This document shows, piece after piece, positions 41,436-50,225 of a stretch of 64,000 bases of DNA. How positions within the stretch are numbered: position 1 is the first letter of the stretch; each line of letters starts with the position of its first letter. Position numbers and translations under genes: made by a program. The stretch comes from a virus. The notes under the pieces are model-generated. The model was given only the letters and a program-made list of their open reading frames with translations. It searched no databases and was not told where the DNA came from. Where the stretch lies: positions 89,541-153,540 of the IMG/VR virus record IMGVR_UViG_3300029258_001212. One strand, 5' to 3'.

Positions 41436-44147
41436 ATGACCACCGACTACCAGATCACCGAGGCCCACAGCGACGGCAAGTGTACGCTCTGCCGCAAGGC
41501 CATCACGGCCGGCGAGGAGATCGTCTGGCTCCAGCCGGCGCAGCTCGCTACCCTCAACGCCCTGGGCATGAGCCTCAAGGTGTTCCGCCGCGCCCACACC
41601 AAGTGCCTTCCGCCCATCCTCGAGGACGAGGCGCAGTTTCGGCCGGCCATCGAAGAGTCCACCTCGCACCTGATGGAGCTCACCGACCCGAAGTGGCCCA
41701 AGGACCACATGGGGTTCAACGCTGGGGACGCTGGCTTCGCGCGGCGCTACCTGGATCTGGGGTGCCCCCGTGAAGGCACCTGGGAGATGGCCAGGCGCCT
41801 GGTGAAGTACATGGACACCCAGCTCGGCGGCCAGGACCGGGACGCCAACAAGGTGATCCTCGAGGCCGTGGAGGAGGGCAAGAAGACCCGCAAGGGGCTC
41901 CTCGCCCGGCTCCGGCGCCAGCGCAACGCGGTGGCCGCAATTGCGTGCGGGTCGAGTATCCAGGACGCGGCCAAGCTCCCGGAGCGGCGCCCGAAGGGCA
42001 TCGTGGGCATCGACACCATCTACAAGGGCCAGGGCGCCTTCGGTGGCCAGACGGGGCTCCTGGTCACGATGGACCACCCCAGGTACAACGCCACCCACGG
42101 CGTGATCAAGGACCAGCTCAAGTCTGTGGGCGCCAAGTGGGACGGCGAGAACCGTGGGTGGCTGATCTCCGCGGACACCCTGGCGGCCATCTGGGGCCAG
42201 GTGTTCACCGAGGCCCAGGTGGCCGTGAGCGACAAGGCTCGCGCGAAGCTCACCGAGGTGGCCAAGGACGCCAAGGATGGCCTCATTCCCCTCCGCAAGC
42301 CCGGCCAGGTGCTGGTGACCACCAACGGCCGCGTGGAGCTCAAGGTGGAGCTGGACGCCCCCTGGAACAACCCCGACCACGGGGCCCTCAAGGACCGGCT
42401 CAAGCGCGTGGGCGCGAGCTGGGACAAGGCCACGGGTGCCTGGTGGATCGGCGCCGCCCTGGTGGCCAACAACTACGATTACCTCTGGGGCGAGGGATCG
42501 GGCATTGACCCGGCCACGGTGACGATCACCGACGATGCCCAGGAGAAGCTCGAGGAGGCCCTCGAGCGCGAGGCCCTGAGCAACGCGGCGAGCCTCGAGG
42601 ACGCCAACGTGGACACGGACGTGGGCGAGCGCCTGGCGGGGATGCTCCCCGATGGGCTCGAGCCGTACCCCTATCAGCTCGCCGGAGCGGCGTTTGTGGA
42701 CGCGGCCGGGGGCCGGGCCCTCATCGGTGACCAGATGGGGCTCGGCAAGACGATCCAGGCCATTCTGTGGCTCCTCCTGCACCCAGAGGCGCGCCCCGCG
42801 GTGCTGGTGGTCCCCGCAGTGGTCTCCACCAACTGGGTGGACGAGATCAACAAGTGGGCCCCGGGGGAGACCGTGCAGCGGATCAAGACGGGCAAACAGA
42901 AGCTGGACCCCAAGGCCACCTGCTACGTCATCACCTACGATCTGGCCAGGCGGCGCGTGGAGGAGCTCAAGGCCCTCGCCCCCCGCGTGCTGATCTTCGA
43001 TGAGTGCCACTACCTGAAAAACTACAAGGCCCAGCGCACCAAGGCGATGCTGGACCTGGTGAGCCAGGTGAACCCCGAGGCCGTGATCGGGCTCTCTGGT
43101 ACGCCCATCCTGAATCGGCCGGTCGAGTTCTACACTACGCTCAAGATGCTCCGCCCGGCGGACTACGCCTCCTGGAAAAAGTACGTTACCCGGTACTGCG
43201 GCGCCTACCGCGACCGCTTCGGGTGGCAGATCGGTGGAGCCACCAACAGCGAGGAGCTCTCCGCCCGGCTCCGCGACACCATGGTCCGGCGCACCAAGGA
43301 CCAGGTGCTCAAGGAGCTCCCCGCGAAGACGCGCGCCATCACCAAGGTGGAGGTGCCCCGCAAGGAGCTCAACGCCATCCGCAAGACGGTCAAGGCCATG
43401 GTGGACAGCCCCGAGCCTGGTGCCCAGCTCGCGGCGATGACCTGGGAGCGACACGAGACCGGGCGCCTGAAGGCCCAGGCGGCCGTGGAATGGGTCCGCG
43501 AGTATCACGCCCAGGGCGAGCCGGTGCTGGTGTTCGCCCACCACCAGGACGTGCTGGACGAGCTCGAGGCCGGCTGCAAGGCCACGAAGCGCGGCCAGGA
43601 GCCCCTCCGGGTGGGACGCATCGACCTGAACGTCTCGGCGGACAAGCGCGGGGCGCTGGTCAAGGCGTTCCAGGCGGGGGACCTGGACGTGATGCTCCTC
43701 GGGATCGAATCCGGGGGCGTGGGCATCACCCTCACCCGGGCGAGCAACGTGATGTTCGTGGAGCGCGCCTGGACCCCGAGCTCCGAGGAGCAAGCGGAGG
43801 ACCGGGCCCACCGGATCGGCCAGGAGCGAGCGGTCACGATCCGCTACCTGGTGGCGGACGGCACCATCGACAACTACATCAGCGAGCTGATCGAATCCAA
43901 GCGCGAGGTGGTGCAGCGCATCCTGGACGGCGAGGCCCCCACCAAGGAGAGCCTGGACATTCGGAGCGAGCTCCTGGGCGCCTGGCTGGCCCACCACGGG
44001 CTCGAGCGCAAGCCCAAGGCCAAGCGGACGGCCAAGGCCAAGAAGTCGGCCCAGCGGCGCCCTGAGCGCCAGGAGAACACCAAATCCGGCGGAGGAGGCG
44101 GCAGCGTGCTGTCCCGGCCGGCGAACCAGGTGGAGATGAGGTGGTAA
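41436..44147 (+). CDS. SNF2-family helicase (SMARCAL1/HARP-like) with Zn finger and two DUF5710-like repeats
   Basis: PYPYQ, DQMGLGKT, DECH, LSGTP..NRP.E, G.GITLT.A, QAEDRAHRIGQ. Confidence 0.93.
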   Translation: MTTDYQITEAHSDGKCTLCRKAITAGEEIVWLQPAQLATLNALGMSLKVFRRAHTKCLPPILEDEAQFRPAIEESTSHLMELTDPKWPKDHMGFNAGDAGFARRYLDLGCPREGTWEMARRLVKYMDTQLGGQDRDANKVILEAVEEGKKTRKGLLARLRRQRNAVAAIACGSSIQDAAKLPERRPKGIVGIDTIYKGQGAFGGQTGLLVTMDHPRYNATHGVIKDQLKSVGAKWDGENRGWLISADTLAAIWGQVFTEAQVAVSDKARAKLTEVAKDAKDGLIPLRKPGQVLVTTNGRVELKVELDAPWNNPDHGALKDRLKRVGASWDKATGAWWIGAALVANNYDYLWGEGSGIDPATVTITDDAQEKLEEALEREALSNAASLEDANVDTDVGERLAGMLPDGLEPYPYQLAGAAFVDAAGGRALIGDQMGLGKTIQAILWLLLHPEARPAVLVVPAVVSTNWVDEINKWAPGETVQRIKTGKQKLDPKATCYVITYDLARRRVEELKALAPRVLIFDECHYLKNYKAQRTKAMLDLVSQVNPEAVIGLSGTPILNRPVEFYTTLKMLRPADYASWKKYVTRYCGAYRDRFGWQIGGATNSEELSARLRDTMVRRTKDQVLKELPAKTRAITKVEVPRKELNAIRKTVKAMVDSPEPGAQLAAMTWERHETGRLKAQAAVEWVREYHAQGEPVLVFAHHQDVLDELEAGCKATKRGQEPLRVGRIDLNVSADKRGALVKAFQAGDLDVMLLGIESGGVGITLTRASNVMFVERAWTPSSEEQAEDRAHRIGQERAVTIRYLVADGTIDNYISELIESKREVVQRILDGEAPTKESLDIRSELLGAWLAHHGLERKPKAKRTAKAKKSAQRRPERQENTKSGGGGGSVLSRPANQVEMRW

Positions 44148-44149
44148 TC

Positions 44150-44395
44150 ATGGCGAAGCGAAGAACCCCGACCCCCAGGTGTCTGCACTGCGGCAAGCCG
44201 TTGCCCTACTTTCTCGGCCCCACGGACCAGGCGAGGTGGGCCAGGGCCTACCCGGACCAGGAGATCCCGCCTTTGACCCGGGGGGTGGATGGCATGGGTT
44301 ACTTCTGTATCAAGCGGCGTGCCATCGCTTTCGCCCACCGGGCGGCCAGGAAGATGGTGGAGCGTAACTCCGATGGCACCAAGGCGGGGGCGTAG
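44150..44395 (+). CDS. Small Zn-binding protein
   Basis: CLHCGK...GYFC. Confidence 0.55.
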   Translation: MAKRRTPTPRCLHCGKPLPYFLGPTDQARWARAYPDQEIPPLTRGVDGMGYFCIKRRAIAFAHRAARKMVERNSDGTKAGA

Positions 44396-44396
44396 C

Positions 44397-44612
44397 ATGG
44401 GAGTCACCATGGACGAGATGCAGATTCTTGACGCCTGTATCTTCGGGAGCACCGTGGGCGAGATTGCGGAGTGGACAGCGTTCCCAGTGAGCAAGGTGCG
44501 GCGCCTGGTGAAGCGGCTCGAGAAGCGCCAGCTCCTACGCCGTTCCGAGTACAAGTCACACAGCACAGCCAGGCCCGCGATTCTCTGGACGCGGGAAGGG
44601 CCGGGGGATTGA
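44397..44612 (+). CDS. Small winged-HTH protein
   Basis: TVGEIA...VSKVRR.V.RLE...L. Confidence 0.65.
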   Translation: MGVTMDEMQILDACIFGSTVGEIAEWTAFPVSKVRRLVKRLEKRQLLRRSEYKSHSTARPAILWTREGPGD

Positions 44613-44614
44613 GC

Positions 44615-45922
44615 ATGGGCAGCAAGAGTGGATTCAAGACGCCCCCTCCTTCGATTACCGCCTTCATTGAGCCGCGTGACTACTTGGTGGAACTTGTCAC
44701 ATGGGCTCACACGGAAGGCAATAGCAACCTGGAGCTCTGTGGAAGTACGGCGTTAGAGTTTTTGGAGCGCCGTGTTTATGGCAATCCCGTGGAAACCGCG
44801 GTTCGTAGGCGTGCATGGAAGCAGTGGACCAGGATCATTCTTCGCACGCTTGGGAGCACTAATCAGGCTCACCTGGATTTCAATTTGTATATGAGGTTTT
44901 GCGGATTGGTGGCGGCAAAGTATCCAAGCGTTGCGATTAGGGGTGCGCCGTGGAGTGATGAGGAAGCCTGTTTTCTTGAGATTGCATATTCTATGGAGTG
45001 GGCTGCAAATACTTGGGAGGCGTTGCGGTTAAGGCGTCTTTACCAGGGAGGGCTACACGATGAGTTGAGCAACGCGCTGGATGACACTGCGTTTGCTTGG
45101 CGCTCTTACACCGAGACACTGATGGGGGCATGTATTGGGCGTGTTCCGAGGTTTTATATTTCGTCGTCCTTGATCGAGTCGTTCTGGTTGACGGATGTGA
45201 ACATTCCTTCCGAAGACGTGCGTTTGCCGTTTGAAGAGTGCGTGCTTCTTTTCCCGGACGACTCTGTGCATGTGAAGCTGATGGGCGAGCTCAAGGCAGT
45301 GGTGGTGTGCGAGGCGAAATATCACGACAATGAGCCTGCGATTGCTCTGTTTTCTGGATATGAGGCGCCTACGTTTCCTATGCCTGGATACATGCCAAGG
45401 GACGCGGAGCTTGTGAGTGAGATCGTTCACAGTGTGATCGAGAGCACCAATGATAGGCACAAAGCTATAATAGGGGGGATCTCTGGCGACAACATTGAAT
45501 CGCATAAGCAACAGGCGAAGTTGTTTTCGCTTGTGGCCAATTTTGCCCTTTACACCACCAACATGCAGGATGACGTGCAACTGGATTGCCAGGATGAAAT
45601 CAACAGGATGGCAGCCAGAGCGAAGAGGCACCAGGATGGATCCAGGAAACGCCGTAAGCTCGAGCGCGCAATAGAGCGCAAGCAAAAGGGTGCAATCTAC
45701 ATCGTTGGTAGCAAGTTCGAATCTCGCCTGGGTGACTCCGGTGGTGATGTTTCGATGCGAGCTCGCCACGTGGTGAGAGGGCACTGGAGAAACCAGCCCT
45801 ACGGGCCAGGGCGCGAATTCAGGCGCCAGGTGTTCATCAAGCCTCACTATCGCGGCGGGATACCGAAGGTCAATGAAGGGGCTCCAGAGCCACCTCCAAA
45901 GGACTACTACGTGAGCAAGTAA
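44615..45922 (+). CDS. Hypothetical protein, lower-GC gene
   Basis: LPF, C-terminal HVVRGHWRNQPYG...FIKPH.RG motif; many T/A-ending codons. Confidence 0.75.
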   Translation: MGSKSGFKTPPPSITAFIEPRDYLVELVTWAHTEGNSNLELCGSTALEFLERRVYGNPVETAVRRRAWKQWTRIILRTLGSTNQAHLDFNLYMRFCGLVAAKYPSVAIRGAPWSDEEACFLEIAYSMEWAANTWEALRLRRLYQGGLHDELSNALDDTAFAWRSYTETLMGACIGRVPRFYISSSLIESFWLTDVNIPSEDVRLPFEECVLLFPDDSVHVKLMGELKAVVVCEAKYHDNEPAIALFSGYEAPTFPMPGYMPRDAELVSEIVHSVIESTNDRHKAIIGGISGDNIESHKQQAKLFSLVANFALYTTNMQDDVQLDCQDEINRMAARAKRHQDGSRKRRKLERAIERKQKGAIYIVGSKFESRLGDSGGDVSMRARHVVRGHWRNQPYGPGREFRRQVFIKPHYRGGIPKVNEGAPEPPPKDYYVSK

Positions 45923-45934
45923 GGGAGGGAAGAA

Positions 45935-46432
45935 ATGGATCCTGACAAGGCACTGGAAACCATCCGTGAGTCCTTGGCTGTTCTGCGGATTCCGGAGGAC
46001 CACGTGGGTGTAATTGAGCGGGACGAGGCGCTCGGGGACCTGGTGGAGAGCATGGGCGCTCTGGACGAGTGGCTGTCCAGAGGGGGGTTCCTCCCCGCGG
46101 ATTGGCAGCGCAAGCCCATGGTGCCCACCGAGGAGGAAGCGTTCGCGGCTGGCGTGCGCGGGGAGCATCCGGCTCACTTCGCGGCGCGTGTGGCCGATGC
46201 TCTCACCAGGGAGTACGCGGAGCTCCAGAAGCGCATCCTGCGAAGCCTGGACCGGACTTCGAGCGGGGTGGCGATCCTGATGGACGAGGAGAACCACGGG
46301 GCGTGTACCCAGCTCGAGGAGCTCGGCCTGGTGGCCAAGGGCGAGAGCGCGATCACCGAAAGCGGCGACTGGACCAACTACAGCATCACAGAGGCCGGGC
46401 GCGCCCTGGTGGAAGCGTGGAGAGCCAGGTGA
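45935..46432 (+). CDS. Hypothetical protein (wHTH-like C-terminus)
   Basis: MDP..AL, LDEWLSRGGFLP.DW; ITEAGRA. Confidence 0.7.
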   Translation: MDPDKALETIRESLAVLRIPEDHVGVIERDEALGDLVESMGALDEWLSRGGFLPADWQRKPMVPTEEEAFAAGVRGEHPAHFAARVADALTREYAELQKRILRSLDRTSSGVAILMDEENHGACTQLEELGLVAKGESAITESGDWTNYSITEAGRALVEAWRAR

Positions 46433-46632
46433 GCATCGAAGTCAAGATCGTTTGTGACGGTTGCGGCTTCAGTCACCCGTCCTACGGCCAGACGTGCGGG
46501 CGCGGGAGAAAAGAAGCTCACCAGATGAGGACCGATTTGAAAACCAAGCTCCTGTGGAGTGTGTCCAGAGCCAACGGGGAGGACCTGTGCTGGAATTGTC
46601 TCCAGGAGCGCAAGCGACAGGGGAAGCTGTAA
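46429..46632 (+). CDS. Small Zn-ribbon protein
   Basis: CDGC...DLCWNC. Confidence 0.6.
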   Translation: MSIEVKIVCDGCGFSHPSYGQTCGRGRKEAHQMRTDLKTKLLWSVSRANGEDLCWNCLQERKRQGKL

Positions 46633-46633
46633 C

Positions 46634-46966
46634 ATGCAGATCATCGCAATGCGGCCTGGCGAGCACGCCAAGGCGGAGGACCTGGACGACAACCTGAAGG
46701 CCATGCAGACCTTCGTGGACGGCTACATCGAATCTGTGATGCTGGCCACCGGACACCGGAACATCGTGCTGTGGTGCAACGAAGAGGGGCTCTACACCCA
46801 CGCTCGGAACAGGGTGCTCCCTGGCCAGTTCGGCCCCATCGTGATCCATGGGCCGTGCTTCATTTCCGCGGTGGACGGCGCCGGGGAGACCGTGGGGCTC
46901 ACCGAGGCCGAGCTCGAGGAGTGGCTGGCCATCGCTACCAGGTGGCCCAGGAGGGACGCGCAATGA
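46634..46966 (+). CDS. DUF3846-like protein
   Basis: L..MQ..V.GYIE, CNEEG, NR, I.G..F, GLT. Confidence 0.75.
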   Translation: MQIIAMRPGEHAKAEDLDDNLKAMQTFVDGYIESVMLATGHRNIVLWCNEEGLYTHARNRVLPGQFGPIVIHGPCFISAVDGAGETVGLTEAELEEWLAIATRWPRRDAQ

Positions 46967-47193
46967 AGTTCAAGCTGCGAGTCAACAGCTACAACGGCGT
47001 TCATGTTCACGCGGTGTTGTTCGCCGGGTCCGGAGGCACGCTGGCGAACATCGGGTCCCTGGCGATGCGGGAGCCGGAGTTCCTGGCCCTGGCGGAGACC
47101 CTACGGGCGGGGGCCCCGGTCGCGGAGGAGCATGTGGAGGTGACCGTGGAGGACCAGGCGTACTGGGAGCACAAACTGGGGAGTATGCGATGA
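46963..47193 (+). CDS. Hypothetical protein
   Basis: ATGA overlap, SD. Confidence 0.6.
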   Translation: MKFKLRVNSYNGVHVHAVLFAGSGGTLANIGSLAMREPEFLALAETLRAGAPVAEEHVEVTVEDQAYWEHKLGSMR

Positions 47194-47843
47194 GCAAGGG
47201 TACCCGCTGGTGGCCCGAGTTCACCACGGTGGCCGAGCGCCTGACCCTGGAGCCCACGATGCGGGTGACCCGTCGTGTGAGCAAGCGTGGGGTGCCCCAC
47301 CTGGTGGTGCGCGGAGCGGCCAGGAGCGCGTCCGTGTGCTGGTTCAACCGGAGCAAGGTGCTCCGGACGTTCTCCCCGTGTTTCAGCTACGGCGCCAGTC
47401 AGCACAAGCGCAACTGGGAGCTCGAGGACCTTGAGGACCTGGTGTGCTACCTCCGGAACGAGCTCGAGGAGCGCCGGCTCCAGGAGGCGGAGGACGTGTG
47501 GGTCACTCGCATGGGCGAGCGCGTGCGCGTGAGCGAAATGGGGGACAGCCACCTGGTGAACACCATCTTGTTCCTACAGCGCCATGCCACGAAGAACCTG
47601 GCGGCCCTCACGGCGTGCTACGTGATGGGGCCAGCACCTCGGGGGGAAATGGCCCAGGATGCCTTTGATCGTGAGTTCGATGCGGTCCTGGACGCCACCT
47701 GGCAGGACAGGGTGCCGGCGATCTTCTGGCTCATGCTCACCGAGGCCGAGCATCGTGGGCTTCGGGTGGTGCTCCCGACCGATCGGGAGGAGCTGATGCA
47801 GCGGCTGGCCCTCGAGCTGGCCATGATGGGAGTCAAGTCATGA
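47190..47843 (+). CDS. Hypothetical protein
   Basis: W.T..G....VSEMGDSHLVNT motif. Confidence 0.65.
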   Translation: MSKGTRWWPEFTTVAERLTLEPTMRVTRRVSKRGVPHLVVRGAARSASVCWFNRSKVLRTFSPCFSYGASQHKRNWELEDLEDLVCYLRNELEERRLQEAEDVWVTRMGERVRVSEMGDSHLVNTILFLQRHATKNLAALTACYVMGPAPRGEMAQDAFDREFDAVLDATWQDRVPAIFWLMLTEAEHRGLRVVLPTDREELMQRLALELAMMGVKS

Positions 47844-48715
47844 GGGAGCGATTCATCGAAGCGGGGTTCACTCCGAAGTCCATGGAGCTGATGGAGCACT
47901 GCAACCGGGTGGTGGAAGCCTACATGGAGGACGGCCTTCGGCTTACCCTCCGGCAGCTCTACTACCAGCTTGTGAGCGCCAACATCATTCCGAACAAGGA
48001 GCGGTCCTACAAGAACCTGGGCAACCTGGTGAGCAAAGCGCGCCTGGCGGGGCAGCTCGACTGGGATGCGATTGAGGACCGCGTGCGCCAGGCCAAGCGG
48101 GCGCCCGAGTGGGACTCCGCGAGCTCGCTGATGGAGTCCGCCCTGGCATCATTCCGGCTTCCGCGGCTCCAGGGGCAGTGCCACTACGTGGAACTGTGGG
48201 TGGAAAAGGACGCCCTGGCCGGGGTGCTCGAGCCTATCTCCAAGGAGTGCCACATCGTGCTGATGGTCAACCGGGGTTACAGCTCCCAGAGCGCCATGTA
48301 CGAGAGTGCCAAGCGGATCAGCTACCGCATGGACAACCTCGGGTGCGACGACGCCACGATCTTGTACCTCGGGGACTTGGACCCGAGCGGCGAGGACATG
48401 GTGCGGGACATTCAGGACCGCATGGACCTGTTTGGCACCCAGGTGGAGGTGGTCAAGGTGGCCCTCAACATCGACCAGGTGCAGAAGCATCAGCTTCCAC
48501 CGAATCCGGCCAAGCTGTCCGACTCGCGCGCCAGCGCGTTCATCGCCAAGTACGGCCGCGAGAGCTGGGAGGTGGACGCGCTTTCGCCGCGTGAGCTTCG
48601 GGCCATCATCAACGGCGCCATCTGGTCTCGGCTGGACATGGACGCCATGAACGAGATCATTGACCAGGAGAACGAGATCAAGGAGACCCTCCGGAGCGCA
48701 TCCGAGGGACTGTAG
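47840..48715 (+). CDS. Topo VI-A/Spo11-like (Mini-A/JetD-like) wHTH-TOPRIM protein
   Basis: TLRQLYYQL, ELWVEKDA, RGYSS, GDLDPSG, WEVDAL. Confidence 0.85.
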   Translation: MRERFIEAGFTPKSMELMEHCNRVVEAYMEDGLRLTLRQLYYQLVSANIIPNKERSYKNLGNLVSKARLAGQLDWDAIEDRVRQAKRAPEWDSASSLMESALASFRLPRLQGQCHYVELWVEKDALAGVLEPISKECHIVLMVNRGYSSQSAMYESAKRISYRMDNLGCDDATILYLGDLDPSGEDMVRDIQDRMDLFGTQVEVVKVALNIDQVQKHQLPPNPAKLSDSRASAFIAKYGRESWEVDALSPRELRAIINGAIWSRLDMDAMNEIIDQENEIKETLRSASEGL

Positions 48716-48734
48716 GCAGCCCAGTGCTGGCCGA

Positions 48735-48986
48735 ATGAATGAAGGGAGACGCACCGTGACGACCAATGTGGAACGAGAGCTGGTGAACATGCTGGCCAGT
48801 GAGATGGCGAACGATGTTGACTGGGTTTTCATGAACACCATCTGGCGCTGGCACGATGACACACCCGGGTGGAAGCGATGGGTGGCCAACCGGTGGCCCT
48901 TCCGGTGTCGCAGCATGTGGCTGGGCCGAAGGCTCGGGCTGGGCGAGTGGTGGTGCCCCCCGCGGCCGACAAGGGGCAACGCATGA
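48735..48986 (+). CDS. Hypothetical protein
   Basis: Fills gap, Trp-rich; start uncertain. Confidence 0.4.
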   Translation: MNEGRRTVTTNVERELVNMLASEMANDVDWVFMNTIWRWHDDTPGWKRWVANRWPFRCRSMWLGRRLGLGEWWCPPRPTRGNA

Positions 48987-49171
48987 CCATGAATGGAGAT
49001 GGCCCCAAAGGGCGCGAGATCAAGACGGTACAGGGCGAGCTGGACTTCGATGAGCAGATGGAGCTCGTCCGGGACGGCTGGACCTTTGGCAGCCGGACGC
49101 GCATCCATGGGTGTACCAGGTGGACCTGGTGGCGCCCGAAGCCGGTTGACTCTACCTGTAAACCGGTATAG
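48983..49171 (+). CDS. Hypothetical protein
   Basis: ATGA overlap. Confidence 0.5.
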   Translation: MTMNGDGPKGREIKTVQGELDFDEQMELVRDGWTFGSRTRIHGCTRWTWWRPKPVDSTCKPV

Positions 49172-49174
49172 CGT
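49146..49174 (+). promoter_or_regulatory. Sigma70 promoter
   Basis: TTGACT-17 bp-TAGCGT upstream of GAGGAGG SD. Confidence 0.55.
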
Positions 49175-49195
49175 TCTACGGCTAGAGGAGGCAAC

Positions 49196-49387
49196 ATGGC
49201 AGACCGCAAGGCAACACACGTAACCGGCGAGGCGCATGAGCGGCTCCGGGTGCTCAACTTCAAGCGGCGCGTGTCGATCCAGGCGATGATCGATGAAGCC
49301 CTACAGGAATGGCTGGACAAGGCCGAAAGGGCTGGTGATCGTTGGTGGTCCAACCGTTTCCCGGAGGCCCGTGGAAGGGATGCCTGA
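49196..49387 (+). CDS. Ribbon-helix-helix regulator
   Basis: THV..EAHERLR......SIQAMIDEALQEWL. Confidence 0.65.
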   Translation: MADRKATHVTGEAHERLRVLNFKRRVSIQAMIDEALQEWLDKAERAGDRWWSNRFPEARGRDA

Positions 49388-49571
49388 GCGAGGTGCCAGT
49401 CCTGGACAGGTCTACTGGAACCCAACGCTACAGGTGCTGGCTGTGGTCTACCAGGTGGACGGCAAGCGAGTCCGGGCAGCGGGGATCAGGATAAGCCGGC
49501 CGGCCCGGTGGACCGTCAAGCGGTACACCTGGCCAGATGGTGTTCCGTCTACATGGATGCTGCGTAAGTGA
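49380..49571 (+). CDS. Hypothetical protein
   Basis: PGQVY SH3-like start. Confidence 0.5.
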   Translation: MPERGASPGQVYWNPTLQVLAVVYQVDGKRVRAAGIRISRPARWTVKRYTWPDGVPSTWMLRK

Positions 49572-49580
49572 TTGTTTTCA

Positions 49581-49805
49581 ATGGCCCAAATGCAGATTCG
49601 ACATGGGCAGGTGTGGCAGCTCCGTGCCCAGTACCTCGAGGACTGGCCCAGCGACAGGTGCGCGTGGCCCAGGAGGATCCAGATCGTGATGGTGCTCTCC
49701 GGGCTCGAGACCACGGTGGCCCGGGAGGACCTGGACGACGTGATCGGCCCGAAGCTCCAGGTGCCTTGGAGCGTGCTGCGCCAGTTCTACCGGCGCATCG
49801 GCTGA
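49581..49805 (+). CDS. Hypothetical protein
   Basis: IRHGQVW SH3-like start. Confidence 0.5.
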   Translation: MAQMQIRHGQVWQLRAQYLEDWPSDRCAWPRRIQIVMVLSGLETTVAREDLDDVIGPKLQVPWSVLRQFYRRIG

Positions 49806-49808
49806 GAC

Positions 49809-49881
49809 TTGGCACGGGTGTTGCTTCTTCTTAATTAACCTTATCTCCCTCTGTAGGAGAATAAGAGTCAAGAGGGTGTTC
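49809..49881. promoter_or_regulatory. Dispersed 72-bp element, copy 5 (inverted: sigma54 site on + strand)
   Basis: TTGGCACGGGTGTTGCT-TCTTCTTAATTAACCTTATCTCCCTCTGTAGGAGAATAAGAGTCAAGAGGGTGTTC. Confidence 0.85.
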
Positions 49882-49883
49882 GG

Positions 49884-50225
49884 ATGCAAGAAACGAAAAC
49901 AGACCTGGAACGGCTGCACGCGGTGGTGAGCGGCGAGACCTGGCGCCGGGGATGCGGAAAGACGTTTGCCCAGTGCCACGCCGTGGCGAGCGCCTTGGAA
50001 CTCGGGGAGCCAGGTGTCCTGGTGGCGGTGCCCCGCTACCAGTGGCTGGAGCACGTGGCCCCGATGCTCGAGGGGATCCTGGTGGAGCGCGGGCTCGGTT
50101 CACCCACCCGGCGGCGCCGGCTCGAGTGGGAGCTCCCCACCGGCCAGACGATTCGCTTCGTGGCGGCGTGGGACGAGGGGCGCATCGTCGGGGATCGCTC
50201 CGCCGTGGTGGAGGTGATGGCGTGA
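49884..50225 (+). CDS. Small P-loop-containing protein
   Basis: RRGCGKT. Confidence 0.55.
   Translation: MQETKTDLERLHAVVSGETWRRGCGKTFAQCHAVASALELGEPGVLVAVPRYQWLEHVAPMLEGILVERGLGSPTRRRRLEWELPTGQTIRFVAAWDEGRIVGDRSAVVEVMA

Noticed and set aside
40143-43997. 1284-aa minus-strand ORF (and other long antisense ORFs such as 4241-5623 and 59700-61121)
   Set aside because: Shadow frames of strongly GC3-biased + strand genes; no recognisable motifs
47840-48715. Wadjet defence system
   Set aside because: No JetABC/SMC genes adjacent
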